From: Balanoglossus misakiensis
Lineage: Eukaryota; Animalia; Hemichordata
Length of the DNA: 64,000 bases
Assembly (NCBI GenBank): GCA_040954595.2
Contig: CM082584.2
Coordinates: 5,770,110-5,834,109, forward strand
Direction: 5' to 3'
This document shows positions 13,401 through 26,751 of this stretch, piece after piece. Below the pieces are notes generated by a model that was not told where the DNA came from, made no database searches, and saw nothing but the letters and a program-made list of their open reading frames with translations. The position numbers were made by a program, and so were the translations under genes. The first letter of the stretch is position 1; the number at the start of each line of letters is the position of its first letter.

Positions 13401-16400
13401 ATCGTCAGTTCTACTCGCTCATGGCAGTGAAATATAATGCATTATGGCTGCCGGCCATCATGTGTTAATGTACAACACACATCTCCTCTGCTTAATATTA
13501 AACTGCCATTTCTAATCACACCTGTTCATTAGCCTATAGCAAGACAGAGACAAAGGAACGCAGGGATATTAATTTCGTTGGCTTTGTGAAATAAAACGAA
13601 GATACAGTTTTGCTGCTTTGGGCTATGTAGTCGTTACAATTTGCTAAGCTTGGGAACATTTTTGTAGTTAGGAAGTGGCTTGTCGTAGGATATCACTGCC
13701 GATCAGTGGATGTACAGTAAAGATAACAGTATAGATCTGAGGCTATTTCTGATTTTTTGTTTTTGATGATTGCCAACAGTTGCTGCGTAGATACAGATTG
13801 GCATCCACTGACAATTCAAAACTCTCATGCAAATTCATTTTCTCATAGTGTGCGATCTCCGATGATTAAACCAAAGTCAAAGGAAAGTTTCTATCATCTC
13901 AGGTCCAAATATTGAGCTGACATCATTTCTGCTGCAGCTGACAGGATTAAAGTCACTTGTGTCTGTTTTTGTTCGTTTTGTTTTAGTCAGGGCTTTTACT
14001 GTGCAATCAGTGTGCTTGTAAGAGTCAATCTGTAAAACATTTGACTTCAGATAAATTCTACAGTATGATTTACAGATTATTGTGCAGAAGACTGTAAAAT
14101 AAGTTGGTGTAAAAACACAATGTACTATTTACTGGACAATTGTAATTAGGCAGTGGAATAGAGAAAGACAGGTTTTGAAAGTGGTAGGTGATATTTCCAG
14201 CAAACACTACGTGGTCGATGTAGTGCCAACAGAACTTCAACTTACAAGAGACTTTCGAAAGATGCAGTGAAAAGGTAAAATATCTGAAGACTCAATGGTT
14301 GGCTAGGAGAAATGAGCATTGTGATAGCTGAAGGGGATACCATTGTACTCCCACTGTCCCTCGGTGGTGATCTTTGTCGGACTTTGGTCAAGGTTTACGC
14401 CATTATCGGTGCTTATATACACCCTTTCTTTCTCTTCACTTCGTCTGTTCATTCGTGTAATTGTCGATAAACGGTCGTTTTGTCTTGAGATGTGTCTGTA
14501 TTGTCTGTCCTCTGTACAATACATTCAATGCGTGTCCCAATGGTTGCATTGGAGTCGTGTTGGTCTGAACACGACGTGAATGGAAGAATACCACGGTGGT
14601 TTCATTCACACGGTCAGAAATTGTGAAATATGCACTTGATTCATAGCAAACCTTGGGGATCAGTGAAGTGTGTGTTATTGAGATGGTCATAGAGAATCTG
14701 TCAGAGGTGAAGTGCTTGGTCCATTACAGAGATCAGTGTTACCAATCTATTATTGACCAAATGAGGAAATCATCAGAAGACGTGTTTCTTTGCTTTCTTT
14801 TTCGAAGTAAATACAATTGCTGAAATTTGAACATGGTCACAAGTTTATAATCAGAAAAATGTGCAGCCATTTATTAAAACAGCAGAGGTCATCAAAATGT
14901 CCCTGTAAGCATTGTGGGTGCAAAGAGAATTGGGATTCATAATCAAATCAATGACATTGGGGATGAATATTTGGCAGTGTGCACAAACCTTCTGGTTCCC
15001 AGGATTGGTGCGCATTGAATTGAATTCTCCCATATTTCTCTTGGTTTTGCTCACCTAATTTGATGTGTTTGTAGAGCAGCAAGGCAGTAATAAATGGTGG
15101 ATGATTAAAACAGAATTTGAATTTGGATCATTTAAGGTGAAGCAGGCCACTGCTGTACTGAGGCATTTGTTTCTGTCCACACTTGCATGGAGAAGTGAAA
15201 TTGAGCAAACTGATTGGAAGAAATGAAATAACAGAACAGCTTGTGGTTTCCCCGGGAAGCTTGTATCTAGTACATGCAAATACTGCCAGCAATTACTTTT
15301 GATTTCAAAACACGCTTTGACTTCTAAAAGATAAGAAGAAATTAATATTCCTGCCAATCTGTCAAAAATTTAAGTGAAAAAATGTGTTTTCCAAAACATA
15401 AGAATGAGTTTAAAGGGAGCCTTCAGTAATTACAATATCCCCAATCCCCAATATCCCCATTTAAAGGGACAAAGTCTCTCTCTCGCTGCCCTTCTTTCCA
15501 ATTAATTATATTTTATACAAAACACTGTTTGTTATTCTACATGTGGATATATAGTGAATGAACGTTCAACCACACACAACTTCCATCCCTCTTATAGACA
15601 GGAGAGTGAAAAAACTCGCCAAAATGAATAATCGTTCTTTACCATTTATTCATTTTGGGCGAGTTTTTACTCTCATATCATACAAGTGGGAAGCAAGTTT
15701 TGTGTGGTTGAATGTTGATTCACTATATATCCACATGTACATTAACATAAATGGTGTCTTGTATCAAACATAATTAATGGAAAAGGGGCAGCTGGAGAGA
15801 GACTTTGTCCCTTTAAGGTGTACTGTGAGAAAGACTTTGAAATCCAAAACAAGACATAATCTTTCATCAGAATGAAACAAAAAAATGGACCCCAATTCTG
15901 TTTTGGATTGGATTCGCCTATAACGTACATCAGTCTAAATCAATCATGATTTTGTCAACATTTCAAACACTTACTAAAACCAAATCTCAAAAACAAATAA
16001 TTATAAGAACATTTTACTTTTGTCTGTCGGTCTCACCAAGCAGTTGTTGGAACATTGCCAACTTCAAGAAAATAAGAGTTGCGTCAAGTTCTGTCCTGAG
16101 AACTTCTATTTCTTCAAACTCTCAAATGCTACGGGACATTTTTTGGTAAAAAAAAATGCTGATTGAAATTTTTGACAGAGAATTGTTAAATTTTTAGAAC
16201 CATTTCGTGAAATACAACTCAAGGAGCCCAGTTTTGTTTTACAATTGTTATATTCCTGACCTGAATAGTAATGTGTTGACTTCCAAATGCAACGAAACAC
16301 ACCACGGGATTCCAACATTCCTTTCAAGATCCCGCACATAACATTCATGGTTGCAGTGATTTGATCTAATTATGTTTACCACTGTCATTATCTCGGACTC

Positions 16401-19400
16401 AATTCACTGTTTAATGTTAGTGCTTCCCATTGTGGCGTCTATTAGCCATAATGACGTGCCGCTGCAGCTTAACAAACTCACTGGTGATAGAAAACAGTAA
16501 TACATGTAATGGTATAGGGCTGACGAAGGAAATTTCTGGAAATTCCCAAAGATACTCAAAACAATCGTGCTGGTCAATGTCAGAGGGCATACTGGTCTTT
16601 CAAAAAAATCCAGAAAATATTATGGCTTCACTGTTTTTGGGTTCAACACTAATATACACAGACTCTCTGGTTGGAAAACCACAACTACATGTACTGTAAT
16701 GCACTCCCCCCCCCCCATCACCATCACCCCCACCCACCCCATTCCATTTAGCTTTTGTTCTATCACCTTAGCATGGATGGGTGGTCTGTGTGCAGAAAAT
16801 ATCTGTAGGTGAATGTGTTTAGCAGTCAGCTTTGCAAACACTTCACTATTCAAAGTTGTCTAAGGGAGTTCTTAGACTCGCTTGATCATGACTTGTGAAA
16901 TGAAATAAACATGTACATGTATTGATCACTAAGATTTAATCATTCCTGGTAGTTTGATGGGGTGCTTAATAGAAATGACAAAGTGCTAATTATATTTAGC
17001 TTTGAACTCAAAAATTCCAACGATTTTGACAGAAATTTTGTTTGTCCTAGTGTTTAAGTTACATAGACTACAATAAGTGATATTGTGTGTATATGGTCGG
17101 TGTTATTAGTAACACTGATATGTACCAGTAACTGTTAGTGTTATATAGTATGGGATTTGCCAACAATTTATTTTCAGAATTCTGACATCTGGCCAAGAAG
17201 TTGTGAAATTCTTTGCAATCAGTGCTACTATTTCTCCTTTTTACAGATATGAATTACAAGCTGGTCAACGGTGTGAAGATGACCATGCTACATGTACTGA
17301 CGTGTTGGTAGACTTTGTAGAGGATCATAGACGACTACCAATCACACATCTTACCAAGACTTCATTTCATACATCATCAAAATGGTCAGTCATCGTTATT
17401 TTGCGTCATTCAAATGCAAAGCTGAGATTTTTAAATCTCTGTTTGTTAGTAAGCTTTAAATAATTTGTAATGTAACAAACAGATATATTTGCTTAGTACC
17501 ATTGATTGTTTTTATCACCTTTGCCCACATTTTGTTCAAAGACACTTTGGAATTACAAAAACACCTTGGGTCACATTGCACTGTCAAGCAAAGTATGAAT
17601 AATGTTTTTAGGATGATATTCTATCATTTTATATAGATACTTGTTATGTATGCAAGTGATTGTACCAAAGAGATTACTGGGTAGAATTGATTTGTTTTGC
17701 TTTCTATCTAACCAAGCAATATTTGCATCCACCCTATCTATCACCAAGGCTACTGTTTCTGTGGCAACAATAGAAATGCACTGTCAATCAAAATGACAGG
17801 GCACTGGAACTGGAAGACAGTTTAAAGGAAGACAGTATTTTTAATGGACTGCTTGGACTGATCTGGTAACAATCAGGAAATGGCATAATTGATAATCATG
17901 CATTTAATACATTGTGATTTATCATTTGTGATTTAGGATGAGTAGTGGTAGGCCCACTGATCTGTTACAAGGAACCCTGCCAGTCATCATCGCATTGGTC
18001 CACAAAGATAACATTACTGATGATGCACAGTTTATGAAGGTGGGTCCATATAAAATAACTATGGTAATGCAAATGGTATAGATATATGATAACTCACAAA
18101 TATGGATTGAAATAAACATTAGCATTTATCCTTTAACAGTGGACCATGGTTTTATTAAGTTCATGGTTCCACAGAAATATGAGACTTGCTACTGCTGAGA
18201 TATATCATCAGTTCATGTGCTGTAAGTCGGCCTTGGAGTCTTGGTATTTGAAACCACCCCCTTAAAGATCAGTCCAAGTACGGTATTGAGAAAAATCAGA
18301 TTTACTCCAAAATACCTCGTAACATTAACCAAGTCACCTTCGATCTGGTGAGCTTTCAAAACAACTATGTACACGTATGCTGTCATAAGATATCATTGGA
18401 ACATGTCTTACACTATTATGGCAGTTGATCCTTGAAAATTGTTACATTTTGGCCTTGTGACAAGTTCTTGCGTATTAATTTTGATGTCGAAATATGGTAT
18501 TTTTTAGACAAAATCAATATTTTCTGCTATTGTCACTAAAAAACAACCCCAGCATGCAGTACTTCATCTAGTAATACTTTCATTCTATTCCAAAGCAACT
18601 GAGAATACAACTCATGATGTATGAATTAGCTGCATACTAGTGTTTTCCTTCATAACTCTTTCAGGTGTTAACATCAGTTGCCTATGAGCTGTATAATCAA
18701 GTCATCGTTGCAACTCTGGATGTGGATGAGTTCCCAGCCTGGGCCGCTCAGTTCGTCCCCGCAGATTACAGGAGACATGTCATTGGTGAGTAGTACATGT
18801 ATGTGAGAATTTGTCAATGGATGTTTAGCTGCCTTGTCAATCAATACCATGGTCGGATCATGTCAGTTCATATCCCTGACCAATTCATCGTATTGTGTTG
18901 GTCCTTCTAAAGAGCTTCTTACAATGTGAGAAAAAATGCCATTTGTGTTGTGTCTTTTCTTCGGTGCATAACATGTGTGGAGATATTTTGATGATGATGC
19001 TAAATGCTGTTTGTTCGGATATTTTGGCCATTTGCCAGTCAGACCCCACTCCTGTTGGGAGGGACAATTGTTTGGAATATGACAGAGAAAAGTACCCTGA
19101 CTTGTTGTATTCATTGATGCAGTGGGTTTTTTGTCAATGTTCAAAAAGGAAGAATGTTTTGCTGGATTTCCTTGCCAAAACAACAGTTCAACAAAAGTTC
19201 AGCATTCTACATTTAAAAAAATCATTCTAGTTCACACACTTTTAAAGATCCTTAGCTTGCAAAACTTTCATTGTTAAATATGTTCCTAGGTCTAATTACT
19301 GAAACTTGGTTATGTTGATGCATTTCATGAAAGGAAACAGTAAGATATGAGAGAATTGAAAGCAAACTAGAAAGTAGATCAGGTGTAGTGAAATTGTGGC

Positions 19401-22400
19401 AGTAACCGGTCACTCGGGACAAACCAATCAAAAAAGAGGAAAGGTCACATGGTTGTGGCAGCTAGCCAATAAGCATGCTCAGTCTAAAATGGACCATGTT
19501 TTGTAGACTCACCATTTTTACTTGTTGGATGTTTGGCAGATTTGTCCTCCAGAAAAGATGTTTACTGAATTTTAGTGACAAACAAACGTATTTGCTAACG
19601 CCCACACACATGTTCCTTCTAATCAAAGCCCCTCCTCATCATTCTTACCAAACATTATGCAATCTTCCTGAAAATACCAGTGCAGTAAACTTTCATGAAA
19701 TAGTAGTGGAACCTGTCCTTATAGAGACCTCTATAAATAACAATTTAAATAGAATTTTACCTGTCTATTAAGGACACCTCTCTATTAAGGACAGTTTTTA
19801 AAACAACGGTTTCACTGTATTTAAGAGATAGTTATTGAGAATTTACCACAAAGTATGTAAAAGACTATGTTCTGGCTGTAATCCACACCAATAGGCAAGG
19901 TTGCACTCTTACATTTTACAGCCTCTGTGTCCAAAATGTTCACTGTTAATTGAAGGGGTCGTTGTTCCGCGTTTTGTTTGTTTATAAACATTACAATTCA
20001 CCCACAAATACCTGAAATTAGATAATTCTTAGAATGAACGAAGCAGCCAACCGTAGCATAGACTGGGATCCTAGTAGGTTGTGGCGACTGCAGTGGGGTT
20101 TGCTCTGGTACGGGAGGACATATTCTCATCAAAGGGGACACCCACGCGACGCAAAGACCCATTCCCTTTAATATACACGTACATCTACTGCGTTGATCTG
20201 ATCTACTGTAGCCATGACTGAATTCAGTGGAAACCTAACAATGCATTGATAGGGTCACTCTCATATCAGATAAATTGCAAATTTGATACAGTGGAGGTAT
20301 TTTCACCAAATATCTCGTAAACTGCCCGGTAACAATGGAGTGCCTTAGCTACCATTACGCGATAAATATCAGTCACTCTATCAGTGGTCACTTTGTTCTT
20401 CAGAATGATTGATGACGATTGAGATAAACTGACTAAATATTTCATACTGACGCAAGCTGAAGAATTGGAATGTAAAGAAAGAAATTCTGTTGTGTGTTTT
20501 AGAATAAAGTAAATTTGATCAGATCATATAGGGAAAAGTCTGGAACATTTTTTTAGACTTTGTTTACACAATACGATATTCTTTCAAGAAATCTTGTTCA
20601 TTGTCAGTGTCACTGAATGACCAACGTAATAGTCATAATGATTTTTGCTTTTCTTTGTTTGGAATGTTTGTGAAAGATTAATGGGTGAATAGAATATATA
20701 CTGACCACCTGTTCCCCATTGCAACATTTGTGAATTATTACATGTATGATCAAAACTGACTGGAATTAACATTTGCTAATGAAGTGTATAAGGGCTGGAC
20801 CATTTGTTATTGGCAGAGGGTGTGTTTGAAGATTTTGTTGAAAGAAATATATGCTGCAGACCTCTGTGGAGAAAATTTGGTCACAGTTGGCCACACGAAA
20901 AAAAAAAGATTACATCAGCATATCAACAGGTACCATTTGGCATCACCTTTCATTTTTTCAGTGTGCTTTTCTTCCTGTAATATTTTTCACATATACCTAC
21001 AGAGCTAACTTGCACTGACAGAAATCAAGAAGCTCAAATTTTGTGGTTCAAGATCCATTTGATATGAGTGATCTGAAATTTGATATTAAAAAGTCAAACT
21101 TAGTCAGCATAATATTTGTCAAAAACCGAACATCATTACTGGCTAAGAAGCCATTTTAACTGACTGTTCAAAGAGTCAACAGGTAGTTGCCTCTGTACAG
21201 CTATTTGCCATTTTAACCCTTTCACCCCCAGTTCCCTCTTCAGAGATCCAACTTTACCATAGAAAACAAAGAGTTTGGACTGAACCATAGCGGTGGAGGG
21301 GTTAGGCTCTGCTGTTCTCAACCTGCACGATACAAACTGTACATGATCTAAATTAAGTGTATTTTTAATTGAAGTTATAAATAAAACTAGTGCATATGAT
21401 GTTATTGATATCGACATATTCCTGCTGGTACAGTATCATCATTTATGAATAGAAAACTGACTTTGGTTTACATTGTCGGCAATCAAAATAGCATAATTAT
21501 GTATCGATGCCATCACTGTGTTCCGTACAACCAACAGCAGAGTGCTCACCATTACACAAATATACATTAAAAGTTCATAGGAAACACCAGCATGGTCATT
21601 GGCAGGCTTATAACTCTCTTAAACCAAATGAACTTGTTGGGGGTCATGCATTCAATTAAAGTTCATTTCTAGGACGTGAATTAGGACATCAAACACGAAG
21701 AATAGGGCACAAAATTTGTAAGGACTTGTACATTTTGTTTGTGAGGGCTGATGACCTCAAACAGAATTTGGTTGAGATATAATAGCATGGTGGGGTTTAA
21801 ACAATTCTGCATGGATACTATAGCTGGAAAAAATACAGATGCACAGGTTAAAAGAATAGATCACACCGCAATCTTCCAAAATTCAAACATCCCCTCCTCC
21901 CCAATATCAAATGAGGCAGCCCCCCCCCCCCCCCCCCGGTACAGGTGTTGGCAAGGGCCCAGATAAAAAAACCCAGCCTTATCTGTTAAAAAAGATTGGC
22001 TTTATCTGATAAACTCAGAAGTACATCAATAGGTCATGACATTTGTGCACACTGAACTCATGACAAGTAGATATACCCGGTTTTATGACGCAGTTCTATG
22101 ACAACGGTGGAGATATCAGTCATTATGTGTCCGATAAGCCTTGCAACCACAGGCATGCTGAGACCTGTCAATCACCTGGGTCTTGTCAGAGGATTTTTTT
22201 CGATGAGATCGTGAACCCGGTCAAGCTGTGCCTGAACCGTGAATGAAATCTATTATCCAAGGATATATATCTGCATTTTGTGAGTTCCAAATCCCTTAGA
22301 AGATAAATTCTGCTGATCGGTTAAATATGTGGACATAGCCTTGACTGAAGCTGACAGTACAATATGTTACCAGTTTAGTTTTGTTCAAAGTCATATTTCT

Positions 22401-23630
22401 CAATAACATGACGGTAAAATCTCCCACGAAATAGTCATCTCCATAAAGCTGAGTGTCATTGCTTTGGTGTGGCTGCTTTTTGTCAAAACCGGAAATCGAA
22501 TATGTTTCATGACCTAAAATTGTTTATGTCATTCAAAAGAATTTAAACTCAAGAGTACATGTTACTTCATGAAAACCTAATATCTTATTTGATTATGGCG
22601 GTTGCCCTCACTGAAGCTGTGTGTATGTTTCCCATACAATGCGGTTGCTAGCAAGTCAGAGTAGGTGCAGAGTGTAACTACTACAATGTACATCATGGCA
22701 AACAATGCAAGTTACTTTGATGTACTGGTTGGCAGGGTCTGTTTATAAACAGAAAAATCACACACGTGCAGTCAGACGACACCTCCCCTTTAAGAATGCT
22801 ACTAGGGAACTGCCAAACAAAGCAGAAGCAAAACTAATATTAGACCATTTCTTCCAATTATATATTAATGATCACAGTAGACACTCAACACAGCTTGTAT
22901 ACAAACCACCTGTATTGTCACTGCTGACATTGACAATCATGTGTCAAGTCCAAGTGTGAATTCAATTATCAACAACAACTGCCTACATAAGTTTGCAAGT
23001 TACAAAGTGCAAGCTTTGAGCAAAAGGATAAGTTAGCAAATTGTTCTGACCCTTCCAAAAACAAGGACATTTTTACCAAGCTTTTAAAAAACAAACAAAT
23101 GTGTAATTATTTGTAGAGTTAAGTTTGTAGTGTCTGATTAGCTAGAAAATGTGATGACCTTTCCAAGAAATACATAGAAATACAACAGGTAGAATGGATT
23201 TTGCTGTGTCTTTCTTGAAATCGTTATTGATTTCAGAGAAACTGCGAATAACAGACCAACCAAAAAGAAATTCCCTCAGTGATATTGAAAGGAAAACATT
23301 ATTTGGGAAGATTTGTATTTTTGCTAGTTTTCTTTGACATTGTTGACAAAGATCTTGTTTGCATTCTAACCCAGTATTTGTGTCTGACACACAGAGTGTA
23401 CGACGGAAATCTCTGAAGACAAGATTCCCTCTCTATACGTCTACCCACGCTTGTGTATGGTGAACTGGAAAGATCATAGAAGAGCTGCCTTCTATCCACC
23501 ACTGACAGAGTTCAGACTTGTTAGCAGAACTGATGAAATGGCCACATTCCGGCGAGAAGACGTTTTGAAATTCACAAGGCGTGTCCTTGACAGTGGTGAT
23601 GATGCAATGGTTAGGACAGAACATTTTTAG
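4432..23630 (+). CDS. Secretory-pathway multi-thioredoxin-fold (PDI-like) protein, 20 exons, 999 aa
   Basis: Exons 4432-4495, 5004-5243, 5608-5711, 6146-6271, 6616-6750, 7019-7148, 7518-7633, 7943-8129, 8452-8538, 8785-8945, 9238-9426, 9808-10057, 10600-10781, 11068-11154, 11431-11655, 12982-13100, 17247-17384, 17937-18039, 18665-18785, 23395-23630. All introns are GT-AG with matching phases; total 3000 nt, open to TAG. Signal-peptide-like start MVDRRILFIVFLSTTLVIGSTG. Thioredoxin hallmarks: FKVDKYPTLLML, LCFFAAW, FIQADCGSC, LVNCTDSPLTCQQQNIVGFPTL. AATAAA signals at ~23978-24231. Confidence 0.82.
5797..5824. repeat. (AAAC)n microsatellite
   Basis: Tandem AAAC run seen directly in intron 3 of the thioredoxin-like gene. 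Confidence 0.9.
7783..7876. mobile_element. ~85-bp piggyBac-like mini-element, copy 1
   Basis: TTAA-CCCTTTCACC ... GGTGAAAGGG-TTTAA. A near-identical copy lies at 21213-21305. Confidence 0.75.
9442..9546. repeat. Intronic inverted repeat / foldback element
   Basis: AATCTGATTAAAATCAGATGTGGGGTTG pairs with CAACCCTACATCTGATTTTAATCAGATT (27 of 28 positions). Confidence 0.85.
15461..15816. mobile_element. Full-length palindromic MITE, Kolobok-like
   Basis: TTAA-AGGGACAAAGTCTCTCT ... AGAGAGACTTTGTCCCT-TTAA. The imperfect arms pair along nearly the whole length, with the centre near 15640. Confidence 0.85.
19704..19817. mobile_element. Degenerate Tc1/pogo-type MITE remnant
   Basis: AGTGGAACCTGTC ... 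GGTTTCACTG-TA ends with internal ACCT(G/C)TCTATTAAGGACA repeats, similar in layout to the element at 48727-48909. Confidence 0.5.
21213..21305. mobile_element. ~85-bp piggyBac-like mini-element, copy 2
   Basis: TTAA-CCCTTTCACCCCCAGTTCCCTCTT... aligns along its full length with 7783-7876; the right end is slightly decayed. Confidence 0.75.
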
Positions 23631-26500
23631 TGTTCATCATGTTTGCGTTGAGGCGAGCACCAGTGTGATGGCAGAGATGGGCCGACTGCAAAAGATACAA
23701 CATCACCCTGAGACACATTGCGACCCAGACTGAAATAAGCCCAACTCAGTCTGAGACAATACCTCCTCCTGAGGCAAGACTCTGTTTCACTGTTAGTCCA
23801 AAGTACAGATGAAAATGAATCTTGCCTCCGTGAAGTGTGGGTGGTCAGTGTTTCCTGGTCCATCTACGCATTCCAGGAAAACGAATTCTAAATTTATACA
23901 GATCTACTAATGACATAGAGGAAAGCAGTGTAATCTATCCCAGATCAGTGCCAGACTGGAGTTTTTGGCCAAGCCCCAATAAATGTTTACTGAGTCCGTC
24001 CAGTTTTCACTTTGCTTTGTACTCAGCGATTATTTGTACTTCCTGACAACTTTTTAGCTTATTACCAGAAAATTTAAGTATACAAGTGCAAGTGTAGCGA
24101 CTGCTTCTTTGTAGTACTAATGGAAGAATAAATCTTTTGATTATCAGTACATATTGATTGATTGTAAATAAAGATTGTAAATTATGGATTTAATTTTTTT
24201 CTGATAAAATTGTAATTTTTCAAAGAATAAACTATTTTTGGACAAATGTATGTGTCTTTGTGTGAAGGACTATTACTATTAGCATAAAATATGGCACATG
24301 TAATTTGATATGATTGGCCTCAATGGCAGTTCAATGACTCCTGGTCATTCATTTAAACTTCAGATATTTTGCAACCAAAATATAAAGAGGAATTTTGTCA
24401 GTCTGGACTTTCACATTAAAATATTATTATATTCTGGCTACATGGCTGTCTTTGGATTTTTTGAGTACCGGGGGTATCTTTCAATGGAAGCGTTTGTTTA
24501 ATTAATTAATCGAGGGTGTCCGGTGATCGCCTTGGAGTGGTGCGCCCTCTAGCGAGCCCAGAGGCGCACCAAAAAGTGAAACCGCCAAGAGAAACTAGGT
24601 TTGTTTGCCCTTTCGAATCCAAAAAATGCCGTTTCCAGTGGGAATTCAGAATGCAGAGGGGTTATACATAGGCCGTTGCTCAATTTCGCATCATTGACAC
24701 TCGATAGCGTTCCGAAGAAATGGCATGTACATGGTGGTCATTTCGTGTAGGCTATTGCACGTGACCCCTCCATTTATATCATGTGATGGTCACTGAACAT
24801 GTACTGTAGTCCCTTAAAGATTATCACCTCTCTCGTCTATTGTATCACAATGTTTCGGTTAAACACCGCATATATTTTATAAACGAAATACCCGTTGTGA
24901 TAGAGGAAATGTGGGAAGGCAGCTGTATGGCGAAGGTATACTACCAGACGAGAAAGAGACAAATTATGCACGAATGAAGTAGGCGGAATTTGACTGCCGC
25001 CACTGTTGATCATCGAACGATATACTGACAAAGTTGACGTGTTTGAACGCATGCAGCAGAGGAATTTTTTGAAGTGGTATATGTGGCATTGCTGTCATAA
25101 TTTGGCGCCCACGCGATACAGGCCAACAATGCGAAACTGTTCTAACGGGCAATTGATGCTTTTAAATTAAAACCATGCTAAAGCCATGTTCAAAAATATA
25201 GGTGCATGGACACGAGAAGCCACGAGTAATTTCCACCACGCCACAATCCGCCCACTAAAACCACTTTGATGCAATCGGCGCGGCCGCGTACGTAAGGAAA
25301 CGACGTGGGTACTCAGACTTTTCTTTTCACCCAAAAAGAAAGCAACAGACGAGGCGACGCGGTCAACAACCTTGGCCCGGAACAGGGGTCGAACAAATAA
25401 CCCGAAAGGGATACGATCAGAGAGTGACGTCGGTAACAAAGGTGTGCTTGGGGAAGTGCGTATTTTTGTGGTTTGACAACATACCTTGTCGCGCGTGTTG
25501 CATAGGGGAGTTAGCACCTTTATGCTCTCGACATTTCTGCACGTATCATATTGGTGTCAGACGTGTTTCACAATTCGAACTAACCCAACTTGTTTATTTT
25601 TCAGGTTTCCATAGAGTTGGTCAGTTATCTGGGACAGACGTAAACATTAGACAGGGGTGTCCCTGAACGATATCCACGTTTTTTTTTTACGGCTGACCAA
25701 CCTCACAAATTTGTCAATCAGAAAAACAAACTGAACCCAATGTTACACTGTTAAATCACCCGGACGATTACCTCAACTAACACAACCGACAATAAGTTCA
25801 ATTTGAACCCAATTGAGTCTTTAGGCTAGACTTGCTCCAAGTCTACGGGCTTCATTATTTCATTAAAATTAAATTTCAGAAAAAAAATGTTTTGAGTCTC
25901 TCTATGTATCGCACCGACACATTGGTGTCAACATTGTAACCTTGAACAGGTACACATGAATGCCATCCCTGTTTATGTCCATAATTGATATCATGTCTAC
26001 CAGACCGGTATACCTGTATCTTGCATACAGTTTACCATCGGGTAAAAATAGTTCTTGCAACACAGCACGTTCCGACGTTTCCCGGCTCCTTTGATGACAA
26101 CGGACCAAAATATCGTTGTCTGCCCGATCGACCAGAAGCAATGGATATGGCGATATTATTATCAGTGTGGTAGCCAGGACATTAATAATTACGAGCCGCT
26201 GCCGTCGGCGTCTTTACCAACCAACATATCCCTCGTTTTTACGACGTGTAACATATTGTACCGGTGTATGCACGACCTTGGAATAATGTAAAAATGAAAC
26301 CGCCAATAGTTCTCATGAAACCGATAAAACAAAGAGTGACTGACCGGGACACGAAAATGGTCCTGTACATGAATTGGCGGGCAGTGAACACAAATGAAAA
26401 TTGACTTACTGGGATGAACACATATAGCATTACCCGAAAACTCCTGCTTATTTACTTATTTGTTTTCGCATTTTTTTCTTTAAAAATGGCCTTTCATGTA

Positions 26501-26751
26501 TACATACATACATACATACATACATACATACATACATACATACATACATACATACATACATACATACATACATACATACATACATACATACATACATACA
26601 TACATACATACATACATACATACATACATACATACATACATACATACATACATACATACATACATACATACATACATACATACATACATACATACATACA
26701 TACATACATACATACATGCACACACACACACACACAGACAGACAGACAGAC
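26501..26751. repeat. (TACA)n microsatellite followed by (CA)n and (GACA)n
   Basis: Perfect TACA array 26501-26717. It accounts for the spurious HTYI/MYVC ORFs. Confidence 0.98.

Noticed and set aside
14303-14524. Faint likeness to the end of a Penelope GIY-YIG endonuclease (EEKERVYIS...NLD)
   Set aside because: Too weak, and no reverse transcriptase motifs nearby.
20790-21922. Possible degenerate terminal-repeat pair (GGGCTG..CATTTG.TATTGG)
   Set aside because: Several mismatches and no clear target duplication; may be two unrelated relics.
23236-23337. Alternative last exon after TTTCAG (EKLRITDQPK...)
   Set aside because: Closes quickly without a thioredoxin-like motif; the acceptor at 23395 gives a better terminal module.
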